Shown piece by piece: positions 1 to 10,375 of a stretch of DNA of 64,000 nucleotides. The notes below the pieces were generated by a model. The model had not been told where the DNA came from. It saw nothing but the letters and a program-made list of their open reading frames with translations, and ran no database searches. Positions within the stretch are counted from its first letter, which is position 1; each line of letters opens with the position of its first letter. A program made the translations under genes and the position numbers. This DNA comes from Candidatus Krumholzibacteriales bacterium (GTDB taxonomy: Bacteria; Krumholzibacteriota; Krumholzibacteriia; Krumholzibacteriales; WJIX01). The stretch lies in assembly GCA_046483305.1 (NCBI GenBank), contig JAWODM010000018.1, positions 1-64,000 of the forward strand. The letters run 5' to 3'.

Positions 1-67
1 TGATAGAGTTGAACTTATAAAGGTTTATTTTTCTCTATCATATAAAGGAGATCCATTTTTTTCCAGC

Positions 68-331
68 AGGAAGTTCCCCCAATTTTTCGCCTTCAGAGCA
101 AAAAAAGACCGATTCCACTTGTGAATGTTAATAACTCACTGAATAAATTGTAGTTAGCCAATTATAGAGTCAATTTTTGGGGAAAGTCCTGTTAAAAACG
201 AGGAAGTTCCCCCAATTTTTGCCCTGCGGAGAAAAAAAGCCGATTCCACCTGTTGATATTAATAACTCACCGGATAACTTGTGCTTAGCTGACTATCCAA
301 CTGATTTCCGGGGAAAGTCCTGTTAAAAACG
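68..331. repeat. Two tandem ~132-bp MITE-like units (68-200, 201-331)
   Basis: Both units begin AGGAAGTTCCCCCAATTTTT, share CCGATTCCAC and TTAATAACTCAC, and end GGGGAAAGTCCTGTTAAAAACG. Their ends are imperfect inverted repeats. Confidence 0.85.
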
Positions 332-423
332 GATTAATCGGAAATGGGAATTTCAACGGAAATTATTCGGTTGTGCTTATAATAATATGTAACCTGATGG
401 AGCACGGCGGCCCGGTCCCGATT

Positions 424-2595
424 CTATTCTTCCTGCACCAGTGAATAATCGCAGTAACGTGAAAAAAAGATGTTAAGGGTCCTGAGAAAGGAATGCCGGT
501 TATCCCTGAGCGTTTTGTCCTCGCAGTTTACCATTACCTCTTCGAAGAAGGCATTCACCCGCCCGGCCACTCTCTCGTTCAGAATCCGGAATACCCTGTG
601 GGCCTTGCCCTCTTCAATACAGCTGAGTATTTCAGAGGCCGCGGATACCGAGCTGGCGAGCAGTTCTTTCTCGGCGTCTTCATCCAGCAGTTTCTCGCTG
701 AACGGAAGTTCACCGGTATTCCCGCCTGCGAGAGCCCTGATCATATCCATCGGTTCGATCCTGTCGCCCTTCTCCGCTGGAGAACTGCCAATAATATTGG
801 CCACTCTCTTCATGGCGGCGGTGAATCTTCCCAGCTCATCGCGCTCTCTCATACCGCTCAGCTCCCTGATCAGATTCACCGCGCCGGAAGGCGTTTCCCA
901 TCCGGCCGCCAGAACAGCCGCTACCAGGTCCTGGTCGTATTGATAACCCTCTCCCCTCAGCAGGCCGGAGAGCCGCTGCACAAAGAATTCTTCCGCTTCT
1001 TCCCTGGCTTCTTCTGCCTTTTTCGCCGCCTGTTCAACCCGCTCGCCGCTGAACAGGGAAAGGGCCTTCCGCACCAGAGAGCGCAGCGGCAGGCCAATCT
1101 CCCTCTCTATCATTATTCTCAGCACTCCCAGGGCCTGTCTTCTGAGAGCGTAAGGGTCCTGCGACCCGGTGGGATTAAGGCCCAGAAGGAATCCCCCCGC
1201 AATGTTGTCCATTTTGTCGGCCAGAGATATTATTATCCCCGCCTCGCTTTCAGGGAGCCGGTCTCCCGCAAACCTCGGAAGGTAATGTTCGTATACCGCA
1301 GCCGCCACCTCTTCTCTCTCTCCCGATCTTCTGGCGTATTCCCTTCCGATATAACCCTGGAGCCTGGTAAACTCCTTTCCGTCCTTCACCATCTCGCTTG
1401 CCAGATCGGCCTTTGCCAGCATGGAGGCCCTGGAGATGATATCATCCAGGTATTCCTTACCCTCAAGCCACTCACTGCGAATCCATTGAGAGAGTTTTCC
1501 GATCCTCCCTGATTTGTCTGCGAGAGTTCCCATACCCCTCATCCAGACTATGCTTTCAAGCTTCGAAGCCATCTCCGATATCGGTTCGGCGGTATCTTCC
1601 ATGTAATAGAACTCCGCGTCATACAACCTGGCCTGAAGAACCCTTTCGTTACCCCTGCCAATCTCCTCCAGATTTCTTGAAACACCGTCGGCGAAAGTTA
1701 TGAAGTATGGAAGCAGCTCTCCGGATTCATTCTCCACCGAGAAATACCTCTGGTGACCTTTCAGCGCGGCGATTACTACCTGGCGGGGAAGTTTGAGAAA
1801 TCTCCGGTCGAAGCTTCCTACCAGCGGAACAGGCGATTCCAGAAGATTGGAAACCGTCCTTGCCAGTTCGCGGTCAGGGACTACCCTGCCCCCCAGCGCC
1901 GCCGCCTCACTTTTCACCGCTTCTGTGACCGCCTTTCTTCTTTCAGCGGGGTCCAGTATAATCTCAGCTTCCTTCATCAGTCTGAAATAGTGCTTAATGC
2001 TTTCTACGTCGGTGTATTCATTAAAATACGGGTTCAGCCGGGTCTTATTTCCGGAAGCAAGTTTTCCCAGACGTATCTTCAGTTTCCCCTCTGAAAGAAT
2101 CGAGAGAATCCACCTCACGGGCCTCGCGAAAACCAGGCCGCTCCGGTCCCACCTCATATCCTTGGGAAATTTTATCCCGGTTATCCATTCGGGCAGCCTT
2201 TTCTCCAGTACCTCGGCGCTGTCCATCCCTTCGGTCTTGACTTCCACCGCTACATACTCGCCCTTCTCCCTTTCAATTCTGATAAGCTTTTCCACCTCAA
2301 CGCCCTTTGAGCGGGCGAATCCCCTGGCCGCCTCGTTATAGCTTCCGTCTTCAGATAGAGCCCTGGAAATAGGGGGGCCGGCAATAACTTCGGTAAGCGT
2401 TTCCTGCTTATCATCCAGGCCCTCCAAATATACCACCAGCCTGTTCGGAGTACCGGATACAGAAAGTTTCCCGCATTTGATCCGCTCTTCCCTCAGTCCG
2501 CTCTCCAGCTTATTCTCCATCTGCCTCAGGGCGGTATCCAGATAACTGCTGGGCAAGTTCTCGCAACCTATCTCAAGCAGATAATCTCTTTTCAA
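424..2595 (-). CDS. glyS: Glycine--tRNA ligase beta subunit
   Basis: 723 aa. Motifs LLEIGCENLP, TPNRL, FPKDMRW, FARPVRW, HQRYF, EHYLPRFAGD, PTGSQDPYALRRQA. Adjacent to glyQ. TTG start. Confidence 0.97.
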   Translation of the reverse strand: MKRDYLLEIGCENLPSSYLDTALRQMENKLESGLREERIKCGKLSVSGTPNRLVVYLEGLDDKQETLTEVIAGPPISRALSEDGSYNEAARGFARSKGVEVEKLIRIEREKGEYVAVEVKTEGMDSAEVLEKRLPEWITGIKFPKDMRWDRSGLVFARPVRWILSILSEGKLKIRLGKLASGNKTRLNPYFNEYTDVESIKHYFRLMKEAEIILDPAERRKAVTEAVKSEAAALGGRVVPDRELARTVSNLLESPVPLVGSFDRRFLKLPRQVVIAALKGHQRYFSVENESGELLPYFITFADGVSRNLEEIGRGNERVLQARLYDAEFYYMEDTAEPISEMASKLESIVWMRGMGTLADKSGRIGKLSQWIRSEWLEGKEYLDDIISRASMLAKADLASEMVKDGKEFTRLQGYIGREYARRSGEREEVAAAVYEHYLPRFAGDRLPESEAGIIISLADKMDNIAGGFLLGLNPTGSQDPYALRRQALGVLRIMIEREIGLPLRSLVRKALSLFSGERVEQAAKKAEEAREEAEEFFVQRLSGLLRGEGYQYDQDLVAAVLAAGWETPSGAVNLIRELSGMRERDELGRFTAAMKRVANIIGSSPAEKGDRIEPMDMIRALAGGNTGELPFSEKLLDEDAEKELLASSVSAASEILSCIEEGKAHRVFRILNERVAGRVNAFFEEVMVNCEDKTLRDNRHSFLRTLNIFFSRYCDYSLVQEE

Positions 2596-2646
2596 AGGTT
2601 CTCCTTTCCAGTTCTCATGTATCGAAACAACTGGGACAAAATGCTT

Positions 2647-3525
2647 TTAAACCGGATTCTCCCTCATTAGAGGATACCCGCTTTCTTCACGCCTTTCCAC
2701 GTAAGCGGCGGCTGTCCGCCTGGCCAGGTCCCGGATATTTGAAATATAATTGGTTCTTTCAGAAACACTGATGGCTCCCCTGGCATCCAGCACATTGAAT
2801 ATGTGGGAGCACTTCAGAACGTAGTCGTATGCGGGGAATATCAGATTCAGCCCGAGCATCCGCCCGGCTTCGGCCCTGTACCTTGTGAAGATATCAAAAT
2901 ACATTCCGGTGTCCGCCTTCTCGAAATTAAAGGCGCTGAAGTCTCTTTCCTGCTGCCTGTATATCTCGCCCCATTTTACTCCGCCGCCCCATTCTATATC
3001 CATGATATTGTCAACACCCTGTATATACATGCATATTCTTTCCAGTCCATAGGTAATTTCCGTGCTCACCGGGTCCAGAGTCAATCCCCCGGCCTGCTGA
3101 AAATAGGTAAACTGAGTAATCTCCATACCGTCGAGCCATACTTCCCAGCCCAGCCCGAACGCGCCAAGCGTGGGAGCTTCCCAGTCATCCTCTATCAGCC
3201 TGATATCATGCATGGATGGATCAATACCTATCGCCTCGAGGCTCTCCATGAATACCGGCACCACATCCTCGGGAGAAGGTTTGAGAATCACCTGATACTG
3301 GTTGAACTGCTGCACGCGGTTCGGGTTATCACCGTACCGGCCGTCCTTGGGCCTTCTTGAAGGCTCCAGGTACGCGGCTTTCCACGGCTCCGGGCCCAGC
3401 ACCCTGAGAAATGTAGCAGGGTTCATGGTACCGGCGCCGACCTCTGTATTATGGGAAGTTGTGAGAAGACATCCCTTTTCAGACCAGAAATTACTGAGTT
3501 TCAAAACCAGCTGCTGGAAATTCAA
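2647..3525 (-). CDS. glyQ: Glycine--tRNA ligase alpha subunit
   Basis: [60 protein letters not shown] start. Confidence 0.99.
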   Translation of the reverse strand: MNFQQLVLKLSNFWSEKGCLLTTSHNTEVGAGTMNPATFLRVLGPEPWKAAYLEPSRRPKDGRYGDNPNRVQQFNQYQVILKPSPEDVVPVFMESLEAIGIDPSMHDIRLIEDDWEAPTLGAFGLGWEVWLDGMEITQFTYFQQAGGLTLDPVSTEITYGLERICMYIQGVDNIMDIEWGGGVKWGEIYRQQERDFSAFNFEKADTGMYFDIFTRYRAEAGRMLGLNLIFPAYDYVLKCSHIFNVLDARGAISVSERTNYISNIRDLARRTAAAYVERREESGYPLMRENPV

Positions 3526-3526
3526 T

Positions 3527-4276
3527 TCAAATCACTCCTTTTAACAGGCCCAATGAAGAGGGAACCCGGTAACCTTCAACGTGAACCCTGAAAATCCCGT
3601 GAAGGGCCCTGCCTATCTCGCTCCTCTCCCTTTCTGTTAATTCAATATTCAGTATTTCTCCGAGTTTCTCAACATCAATATTATAAATTCTGGCTGCGGC
3701 CTGTCTGCTCACCGGGGATGTTTTTCCGCCGCATCCGCTGCAGCTTACCTCCCCCGTCTGAATATCGAGGCGGAAAGGTTTCGCCCTCAGATCGGCTCCA
3801 CAGAGCGAACACCGGTAAATATCCGGGAAGTAGCCGATCAGGCGCAGCAGTCTTATCTCAAACGCGAAGAAAAGGGCGAAGGGGTCCGCCGCCCCGTCCA
3901 GCGAGAAACTGAAATCCTCTATCAGATCGAAAGGTTCCCGGCCCGGTTCGCCTTCGAATAACGAATGGTTCAACACCTCGATGGCGGCCTGGAAAATACA
4001 TACCCTCTCCAGTGTCTGGTTCCCCGTATCCAGACAGAAAACCGGATCGGCGTCGCTGAGCGTCTGCAGGCCACGGTTTACCCTGTAGCTAAAGATTATA
4101 TCACAGATACTCCCGGTTAGCAGCGCGCCCGCGAATTTGCTTCCGGGCCTTTTGGCTCCCTTGGCGATGCACCTGATTTTACCATGCTCTCTGGTGAGCA
4201 GCGCTGCAATGGTACTGGTTTCACTGTAATCGTAAGTTCTGAGAATGACAGCCCTGTCTTTCCTGATCCTGCTCAT
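3527..4276 (-). CDS. recO: DNA repair protein RecO
   Basis: [13 protein letters not shown]...[17 protein letters not shown]-terminus and a C4 zinc motif (CSLC...CSGC). Conserved recO-glyQS context. Confidence 0.95.
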   Translation of the reverse strand: MSRIRKDRAVILRTYDYSETSTIAALLTREHGKIRCIAKGAKRPGSKFAGALLTGSICDIIFSYRVNRGLQTLSDADPVFCLDTGNQTLERVCIFQAAIEVLNHSLFEGEPGREPFDLIEDFSFSLDGAADPFALFFAFEIRLLRLIGYFPDIYRCSLCGADLRAKPFRLDIQTGEVSCSGCGGKTSPVSRQAAARIYNIDVEKLGEILNIELTERERSEIGRALHGIFRVHVEGYRVPSSLGLLKGVI

Positions 4277-4292
4277 CAGACCACCTCCACAT

Positions 4293-5651
4293 TCAGGATG
4301 GCATGACCCATCTGAGCATTATGGTTGCCATTGCCAGGTAAACCAGCACTCCCATTATATCGTTGAAGGTAGTGATGAAGGGGCCGGTGGCAAGAGCCGG
4401 ATCTACGTTTATCCGGTGAAAGAGAAGAGGAACCGCCGTCCCTATCAGAGTCGCCCACACCACTATGAAAAGAAGGCAGGATCCCACCAGAATTCCAAGA
4501 TGAATATCCCTGAACCAGATGAATACCACAATAAACAGTATCAGCCCCAGAAGGGAACCGTTTATAAGAGATACTTTCAGCTCTCTGACAATCTTCCTTC
4601 CGGTCTCCATGAAACTGAAGTCCTCTGAGGCAAGTTCCCTTACTACTATAGCGGAAGACTGGATCCCCACATTCCCCCCCATAGCCATTATCACCGGGAC
4701 AAAAAAGGCGAGCGATATTACCGACTCCAGCGCCCCCCTGAAACTGTTCATTATGATTGCCACCGCAATACCTCCCGCCAGGCCGGCAATCAGCCAGGGC
4801 ATCCTGGATCTGGAAAGCTTGACGGGGGATTTCTGCCAGAACTCCTCCTCACCGGTTCCCGCCAGGTGCGAGATATCCTCATTAGCTTCCTCTTCTATGA
4901 TATCCATGATGTCATCCACGGTAATTCTTCCCACCAGCTTCCCTCTTCCGTCTATCACAGCGAGGCTGTACAGGTCATACTTCCTGAATATGGCCGCAAC
5001 CTTCTCCTGGTCCACGTCAGCGGTAACTTTTTCTATATCGGTATTCATGACTTCGCTGACCACGGTGTCCGGTTCTTCAATTATCAGCGATATTACCGGG
5101 ATCCCCCCAAGAAGAATACCCTCCGAATCGACGATATAGAGAGTGTGAAGGTGCTCTACCTGGTCCTTTCTTTCCCTCACTATCTTCATCGCTTCCGCAA
5201 TGGTAATATCCTTCCCGGCAACCAGGAATTCTCTGGCCATGATCCCGCCAGCCGATTCCTCGTCAAATCTCAGAAGGGCAATCAGGTCTCTGTAATCTTT
5301 CCTGCTTACCCTCTCCAGAACCAGATGCACTATCTCAGGCTGGAGCAGATTTATCATATCGGCCGCGTCGTCACTGGCCATCCTGTTAACATAGGCCGCT
5401 ATTTCATCCGGCTCCAGGTTTTCGAGAATTTCTTCAACTATCCCCCTGTCCAAAAGGGGAATGACCTCGGCCTTGATATCAAGATCCAGGGAAGCGAAGA
5501 ACTCCAGCCTGTGTTCCCTGTCCAGGCCCGAAATAACCTCCGCGATATCAGGGGATTTCAGGTCATCGATCATTCCTGAGTAGAAGGAAAATTTCTTTGC
5601 CTGGAAAAGCCTGTTCAGATAATCAACCCTATTAGCTATCTCTTCTCTCAT
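4293..5651 (-). CDS. mgtE: Magnesium transporter MgtE
   Basis: N domain (SDDAAD), CBS pair (SAGGIM, GRITVDD), TM region with MGGNVGIQS and DPALATGPFITTFND. Confidence 0.96.
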   Translation of the reverse strand: MREEIANRVDYLNRLFQAKKFSFYSGMIDDLKSPDIAEVISGLDREHRLEFFASLDLDIKAEVIPLLDRGIVEEILENLEPDEIAAYVNRMASDDAADMINLLQPEIVHLVLERVSRKDYRDLIALLRFDEESAGGIMAREFLVAGKDITIAEAMKIVRERKDQVEHLHTLYIVDSEGILLGGIPVISLIIEEPDTVVSEVMNTDIEKVTADVDQEKVAAIFRKYDLYSLAVIDGRGKLVGRITVDDIMDIIEEEANEDISHLAGTGEEEFWQKSPVKLSRSRMPWLIAGLAGGIAVAIIMNSFRGALESVISLAFFVPVIMAMGGNVGIQSSAIVVRELASEDFSFMETGRKIVRELKVSLINGSLLGLILFIVVFIWFRDIHLGILVGSCLLFIVVWATLIGTAVPLLFHRINVDPALATGPFITTFNDIMGVLVYLAMATIMLRWVMPS

Positions 5652-5727
5652 TCAGCTCCAGATTTCCAGATTAAGGCAAACCGGTAATTCTGATATATAT
5701 TAGCCGAGTGCCGCCCTCTGTATCAAG

Positions 5728-6369
5728 CTATTTATCCTTATTAATATTCTCGGTCCAGTCCGGCAGCTGAATGCCTTCGAATCTGGAGTACTCCGGTTTA
5801 ACGGCTCCTCCGGATATTACCATCTTCAGGGCCTCTTCAACCGTGCACTCAAGATAGATAACCTCATCCGCCGGAACCAGCAGGAAGAAACCGGAGGTGG
5901 GATTGGGAGTGGTGGGAAGGAAAATATTCACGAAGACTCTCCGCTGTTCACCCCTGCTGGCAAATCTGGTGCTTGAGGTAACGAATCCCACCGCGAATGT
6001 GCCCGCCCTGGGGTATTGAATCAGAACCGCTTTTTTGAACACGGTCTTCCGGCTTCGGAGGAAAACTTCACTTATCTGCTTAACCGCTATGTACATCCGG
6101 CTTATCAGAGGTATCTTCGAGACCACTCTCTCCAGATATCCCAGGAGTTTCCTGCCCAGAAAATTTCCCCCGAAAACACCGACCAGGAAGATAATAAGTA
6201 TAACGCTCACAAACCCTACACCCGGGAAATCCATGAACGGATACCTCTCTATAACAGGATCGATGATGCTGTCTATGGAATTGAAAAAATGATAAAATAC
6301 CCATCCGGTTATAATTATCGGAAGAAGGATCAGCAACCCTGTCAGAAATCTTCTCCTGAACCATCCCAT
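5728..6369 (-). CDS. DUF502 (COV1-like) membrane protein
   Basis: FLTGLLILLPIIIT N-terminal TM, IFLPTTPNPTSGF, EEALKMVISGG. Confidence 0.93.
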   Translation of the reverse strand: MGWFRRRFLTGLLILLPIIITGWVFYHFFNSIDSIIDPVIERYPFMDFPGVGFVSVILIIFLVGVFGGNFLGRKLLGYLERVVSKIPLISRMYIAVKQISEVFLRSRKTVFKKAVLIQYPRAGTFAVGFVTSSTRFASRGEQRRVFVNIFLPTTPNPTSGFFLLVPADEVIYLECTVEEALKMVISGGAVKPEYSRFEGIQLPDWTENINKDK

Positions 6370-6386
6370 GCGCTTCTCCTTTCCGC

Positions 6387-7640
6387 CTATCCGCCAGCTT
6401 CCGCCCCGGAGCCTTTCCGTCCGGGAAACCTGAGCCTTATATCGGTAATACGCTGGCCCTCCAGCAATTCAACCTCGAATACCAGTCCTTCAAATTCAAT
6501 TCTTTCACCCTCTTCGGGAACCCTTCCCAACAGCGAGTAAAGGAATCCGGCAAGAGTATCGGCCTCTTCCGTTGGAATCGATGTCCTCAGTGTTTCATTG
6601 AGGTCATTAATATTCATCACACCCTTTACCGAATAAATTCCTTCGCTGATCTTCCTGATCAGAGGGCCTTCGATATCATCTTCATCCCTTATCTCCCCCA
6701 CGATTTCCTCAAGTATATCTTCGAGGGTCACTATACCCGAGGTGCCGCCGTATTCATCCACCACAATCGCCATATGTTTTTTCCTGAGCTGGAACTCACG
6801 AAGAAGGTCGTTTATTCTCTTGCCCTCCGGGACATAGTAAGCATCCCTGATGATCCTCCTCAGATCAAACTCCTCTTCGTTGCCTATTACTTTTACCAGG
6901 TCCTTAACGAACAGGATCCCTATTATATTATCCATGTTGCCGTCAAAGACCGGGACCCTGGAATGTCCCGCTTCTATTACTATCTTCCGGATTCTGTCCA
7001 ATTCCAGGTGGCTTTCCAGCGCGAGAATATCTATACGCGGCACCATCACCTCCCTGACCTTCTTCTCCCCGAACTCAACAATGCTGCGCACCAGGCGGCT
7101 GCCGTTCTCCTCAATAAAACCTTCCCCATTCTCCTCGGATTCCGGAAAAATGCACAGTGGAGAAGACAATTCCGCGCTGAGCAGAGGAAAGAAACGGTTC
7201 AGCACTTGCCAGAGAAGGGTGGTAACCGGCCAGAACACAAAATAAATGCCAGCCAGCGGATAACCCAGAAAGGATGCAAATCCTGCAGGCCTGCTGCTGG
7301 CCAGCCCGGCCGCTGTAACCTTTACCATAATTATAACGAGGACCATAACCGGGATAGTAAGCCCCGGATGCGCGGATGACAGCGCCCCGGACGCCATCGA
7401 GGGTATGTTCCTGGTAAGCGCCGAAATTAATATAACTTCCAGAAGGACCAGTGAGGTAAGGAGATGAAGCCTCTCCCTGAAAAGCATTTTTACTGTGGCC
7501 CTGCCTAATCCGTTCTCTGAAAAAAGCTTATCACTTCCGGCACGGGAGAGAATCAGAAAGGACACCGCCCCTCCGGCGATACAGGCCTGCAGAGCGGCCG
7601 TTAAGATATATATGACAATCGAGTAATCTCCGTCATTCAT
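6387..7640 (-). CDS. Hemolysin/CorC-HlyC family CBS-domain protein
   Basis: Hydrophobic N-terminus, VREVMVPR, HSRVPV, HMAIVVDEYGGTSGIVTLEDILEEIVGEI, CorC_HlyC C-terminus. Confidence 0.93.
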   Translation of the reverse strand: MNDGDYSIVIYILTAALQACIAGGAVSFLILSRAGSDKLFSENGLGRATVKMLFRERLHLLTSLVLLEVILISALTRNIPSMASGALSSAHPGLTIPVMVLVIIMVKVTAAGLASSRPAGFASFLGYPLAGIYFVFWPVTTLLWQVLNRFFPLLSAELSSPLCIFPESEENGEGFIEENGSRLVRSIVEFGEKKVREVMVPRIDILALESHLELDRIRKIVIEAGHSRVPVFDGNMDNIIGILFVKDLVKVIGNEEEFDLRRIIRDAYYVPEGKRINDLLREFQLRKKHMAIVVDEYGGTSGIVTLEDILEEIVGEIRDEDDIEGPLIRKISEGIYSVKGVMNINDLNETLRTSIPTEEADTLAGFLYSLLGRVPEEGERIEFEGLVFEVELLEGQRITDIRLRFPGRKGSGAEAGG

Positions 7641-7662
7641 GACTGTTGCCAGGATGCCGCAA

Positions 7663-8127
7663 TCAGGAAAATAGTTTCTTCATAGCAGCGCTGTCCGCGT
7701 AAGCTGACATCCTCTTTATTTCCTCCTCCTCCATTTCTTCGGCGTTTTTCTCATGGTGGTGAGAATAACCCAGCAGATGGCAGATTCCGTGGACCACCAG
7801 CCTCAGAAGATACAGGCCAGGATTGACCCCTCTGGCCGCCGCGCCCTCGCATACCGGCTGCCAGCAGAGGTATATTTCTCCGCACAGGGATGAATCGATC
7901 TCCCTGAATTCATCTTCCCGGTACGGAAAGGTAAGAACCTCGGCAGCGCCTTTCCTCTTTTTATAGTCCCGGTTCAAAACTTCCATTCCAGCCCGGTCTA
8001 TCAATACTATATCAACATACCTGTCACCGGGGCCGGCGTCCTTCGCTATTTCCCTGATTGTTTCCGCCGACCCGAGGAACTCTTCTCTGCCTTCGGTTCC
8101 CGGTTCACTGAGAATCCTTGCTTTCAT
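7663..8127 (-). CDS. ybeY: rRNA maturation endoribonuclease YbeY
   Basis: LNRDYK, VLTFP, GEIYLC, HGICHLLGYSH. Start placed at ATG 8127 (MKARIL). phoH-HD-ybeY-corC context. Confidence 0.9.
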   Translation of the reverse strand: MKARILSEPGTEGREEFLGSAETIREIAKDAGPGDRYVDIVLIDRAGMEVLNRDYKKRKGAAEVLTFPYREDEFREIDSSLCGEIYLCWQPVCEGAAARGVNPGLYLLRLVVHGICHLLGYSHHHEKNAEEMEEEEIKRMSAYADSAAMKKLFS

Positions 8128-10375
8128 TAATTTCGCCCTTCTCCCCCTCTTTCTTCTCCTGTCCGGGGTAGGCAACCCTCCGGTGGAATATCCCGGTCAA
8201 TATTTTAATAAAACCCTCTCTGACTATTGATATATCCCTGAGGGTGAGCCCGCTCTGATCCAGTTCACCCTCGCCCATTCTCTTCTCAAAAATAGATTCC
8301 ACCACGCTCCGGATCCTGCCCGCCGAAGGGTCTTCCAGAGATCTTACCGCGGCCTCTGAAGCATCAGCGAGCATAATCAGGGCGTTCTCCCTGGTCTGTG
8401 GCCTGGGCCCCTGGTATCTGAAATCATCCCTGTTAACACCGTCGGCCGAATCGTATTCGAGCGCTTTCTCGTAGAAATAAGACATTACGCAGGTTCCATG
8501 GTGCTGCTTTATGGCATCGATTATCACCCTGGGAAGCTTTTCCCGTTCCGCCAGCTCCACACCCTCTTTTACATGGGAGGCCAGAACCAGGGAGCTCATC
8601 GAGGGGGTGAGTTTCTCATGCTTGCTTACCGTCTCCCCCTTGTTTTCGTAGAAGTATTCGGGTTTGGTCAGTTTTCCAATGTCGTGATAGTATGCCGAGA
8701 CCCTGGCCAGAAGCCCGTTAGCTCCAATGGCGTCAGCTACCGATTCAACCATATTACCTATCATAATGGAATGATGATAGCTTCCGGGAGCCTCTATACT
8801 CAATCTCTTCAGAAGAGGCCGGTTCAGGTCGCTCAGCTCCATCAGGGTGAAATCAGTGGTTGCGTCAAAGAGAGTCTCGAATACCGGCAGAAGGAACATC
8901 ACCAGAAATGTGCTTACCAGGCTGCTGGTTATCCCCTGGAACATCCCGAACAGCCGTTCGCCGGATGTCCCGCCGCCCAGGAGGGAAAGAGATATGGTGC
9001 TGACAATATAGGCCAGAGCCAGGTATATGAATATCTTGTAGAAATTCTTTCTCTCCCTCAGATGGGTCATGCTCATAATAGCAACCGCCCCGGTAAATAT
9101 GAAAACGAACACCGGCCATCCGGATAAATCCATATGGGTAACCAGCATCAATGAGACGAAAACCACGAACAGGAGAGCGGGCAGAGAACCGAACAGGGCG
9201 CTTGCCAGAAGCGGCACGAACGCTACCGGTACGGCAAAGTAGTTAAGCTGCTCCACTCTGTTAACGAGCATCAGCGACAGCAGATAGAAAAGGATTATTA
9301 TAAAGGATATGGTCAGGCGGGAAGGATCTCTGAGAATGCCCGGGACGAAACGGTTAACCGATATTCCGAATATGAACAGCAGTATTAATATGCTCAGCCC
9401 CTTACCCAGGAAAAGCTTAAGGGTGGTCAGGAAAGATGTCCTCAGCTCTCTTCTGGCTCTCTCTTCTTCCATGGCCCTCAGTATATTTATCTGTTTCTCT
9501 GTAATCTTATCATGCTTTGCGATAATTCTCTGATTTTTGGATATCTGGAAGAACTTTGGAACGTTCTTCAATTTCAGATCCCGGCGGTTTCTGGTCTCGT
9601 CGCGATCGAAAATCAGGTTCGGTTCGAGAAACGATCTGGAAATATTATAGAAAAGAGCTATCAAATCCTCTTTGCTCTTTCCAAATACTTCCTTGGCTCT
9701 GTCCAGGATCAGCCCTTCGAGCTGATCCTGTGAAATCAGAGTGGAGGCCCTTACCAGATGTTCCTGGTTTCCCGATATAACCGAAACATGAAGGTAGTTT
9801 CTTCTTCTGAGGGGGGAAGCGTCATTAATTACTCCCTGCTCTGTCATTCTCTCCAGAAGGGCTATACTCTCGCGCCTTAAATTTTTTCTGTTATTATCGC
9901 TCAGCAGTCCGGACAGAAGATCCATTTCTATTTCGGGAATGAACGATCCTATCCTGTTCAGCCTTTCATCCTCTGGCAGAGAATCATTGCTGGTTATGCT
10001 TTCCACACTGCTGTAGAACTCCCGGAGATCACCTATCAGCCTTTTGCCCGCGTCTACTCTCTCACGGTATACCGGCGGGCAGTCCACTACAGCCTGGGCT
10101 CTGTTGGTCTGGATCTCTCTCTCACTGTATGGGACGCTGAACTCGAAAGGGGCTATTACGTCGGAATCAGCGATATCCCCCTCGCTGTATTGTATCTCTC
10201 TCAGCTTTTTAGTGGGGGGAAACAGCAGAATAGATATTACCAGAAACAGTACAGCGTAAAGCCCGGAGAGCCTCCTCCAGTCCGAGAAGAATTCCTTCAA
10301 TTTGTTAAACTTCAGGAAATCCCGGAACGGCTGGGTTTTGGTTTTCTTTGCTCCGTTGGTCTCCTGCTCAGGCAT
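8105..10375 (-). CDS. 7TM-HD phosphohydrolase (PgpH-like)
   Basis: Extracytoplasmic 7TMR-HDED region, multi-TM block, LMELSDLNRPLL, APGSYHHS, YYHDIGK, QHHGT, MLADASEAA. Start placed at ATG 10375 after a GGAGG RBS. Confidence 0.93.
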   Translation of the reverse strand: MPEQETNGAKKTKTQPFRDFLKFNKLKEFFSDWRRLSGLYAVLFLVISILLFPPTKKLREIQYSEGDIADSDVIAPFEFSVPYSEREIQTNRAQAVVDCPPVYRERVDAGKRLIGDLREFYSSVESITSNDSLPEDERLNRIGSFIPEIEMDLLSGLLSDNNRKNLRRESIALLERMTEQGVINDASPLRRRNYLHVSVISGNQEHLVRASTLISQDQLEGLILDRAKEVFGKSKEDLIALFYNISRSFLEPNLIFDRDETRNRRDLKLKNVPKFFQISKNQRIIAKHDKITEKQINILRAMEEERARRELRTSFLTTLKLFLGKGLSILILLFIFGISVNRFVPGILRDPSRLTISFIIILFYLLSLMLVNRVEQLNYFAVPVAFVPLLASALFGSLPALLFVVFVSLMLVTHMDLSGWPVFVFIFTGAVAIMSMTHLRERKNFYKIFIYLALAYIVSTISLSLLGGGTSGERLFGMFQGITSSLVSTFLVMFLLPVFETLFDATTDFTLMELSDLNRPLLKRLSIEAPGSYHHSIMIGNMVESVADAIGANGLLARVSAYYHDIGKLTKPEYFYENKGETVSKHEKLTPSMSSLVLASHVKEGVELAEREKLPRVIIDAIKQHHGTCVMSYFYEKALEYDSADGVNRDDFRYQGPRPQTRENALIMLADASEAAVRSLEDPSAGRIRSVVESIFEKRMGEGELDQSGLTLRDISIVREGFIKILTGIFHRRVAYPGQEKKEGEKGEINESKDSQ

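Noticed and set aside
68..331. CRISPR array
   Set aside because: Only two long units, similar along their whole length, with no unique spacers and no cas genes.
470..2341. Long antisense ORFs over glyS (e.g. 493-1512), and similar ones over tricorn (46429-47754, 48133-49155) and the symporter
   Set aside because: Shadow frames of well-supported genes, with no recognisable motifs or RBS.
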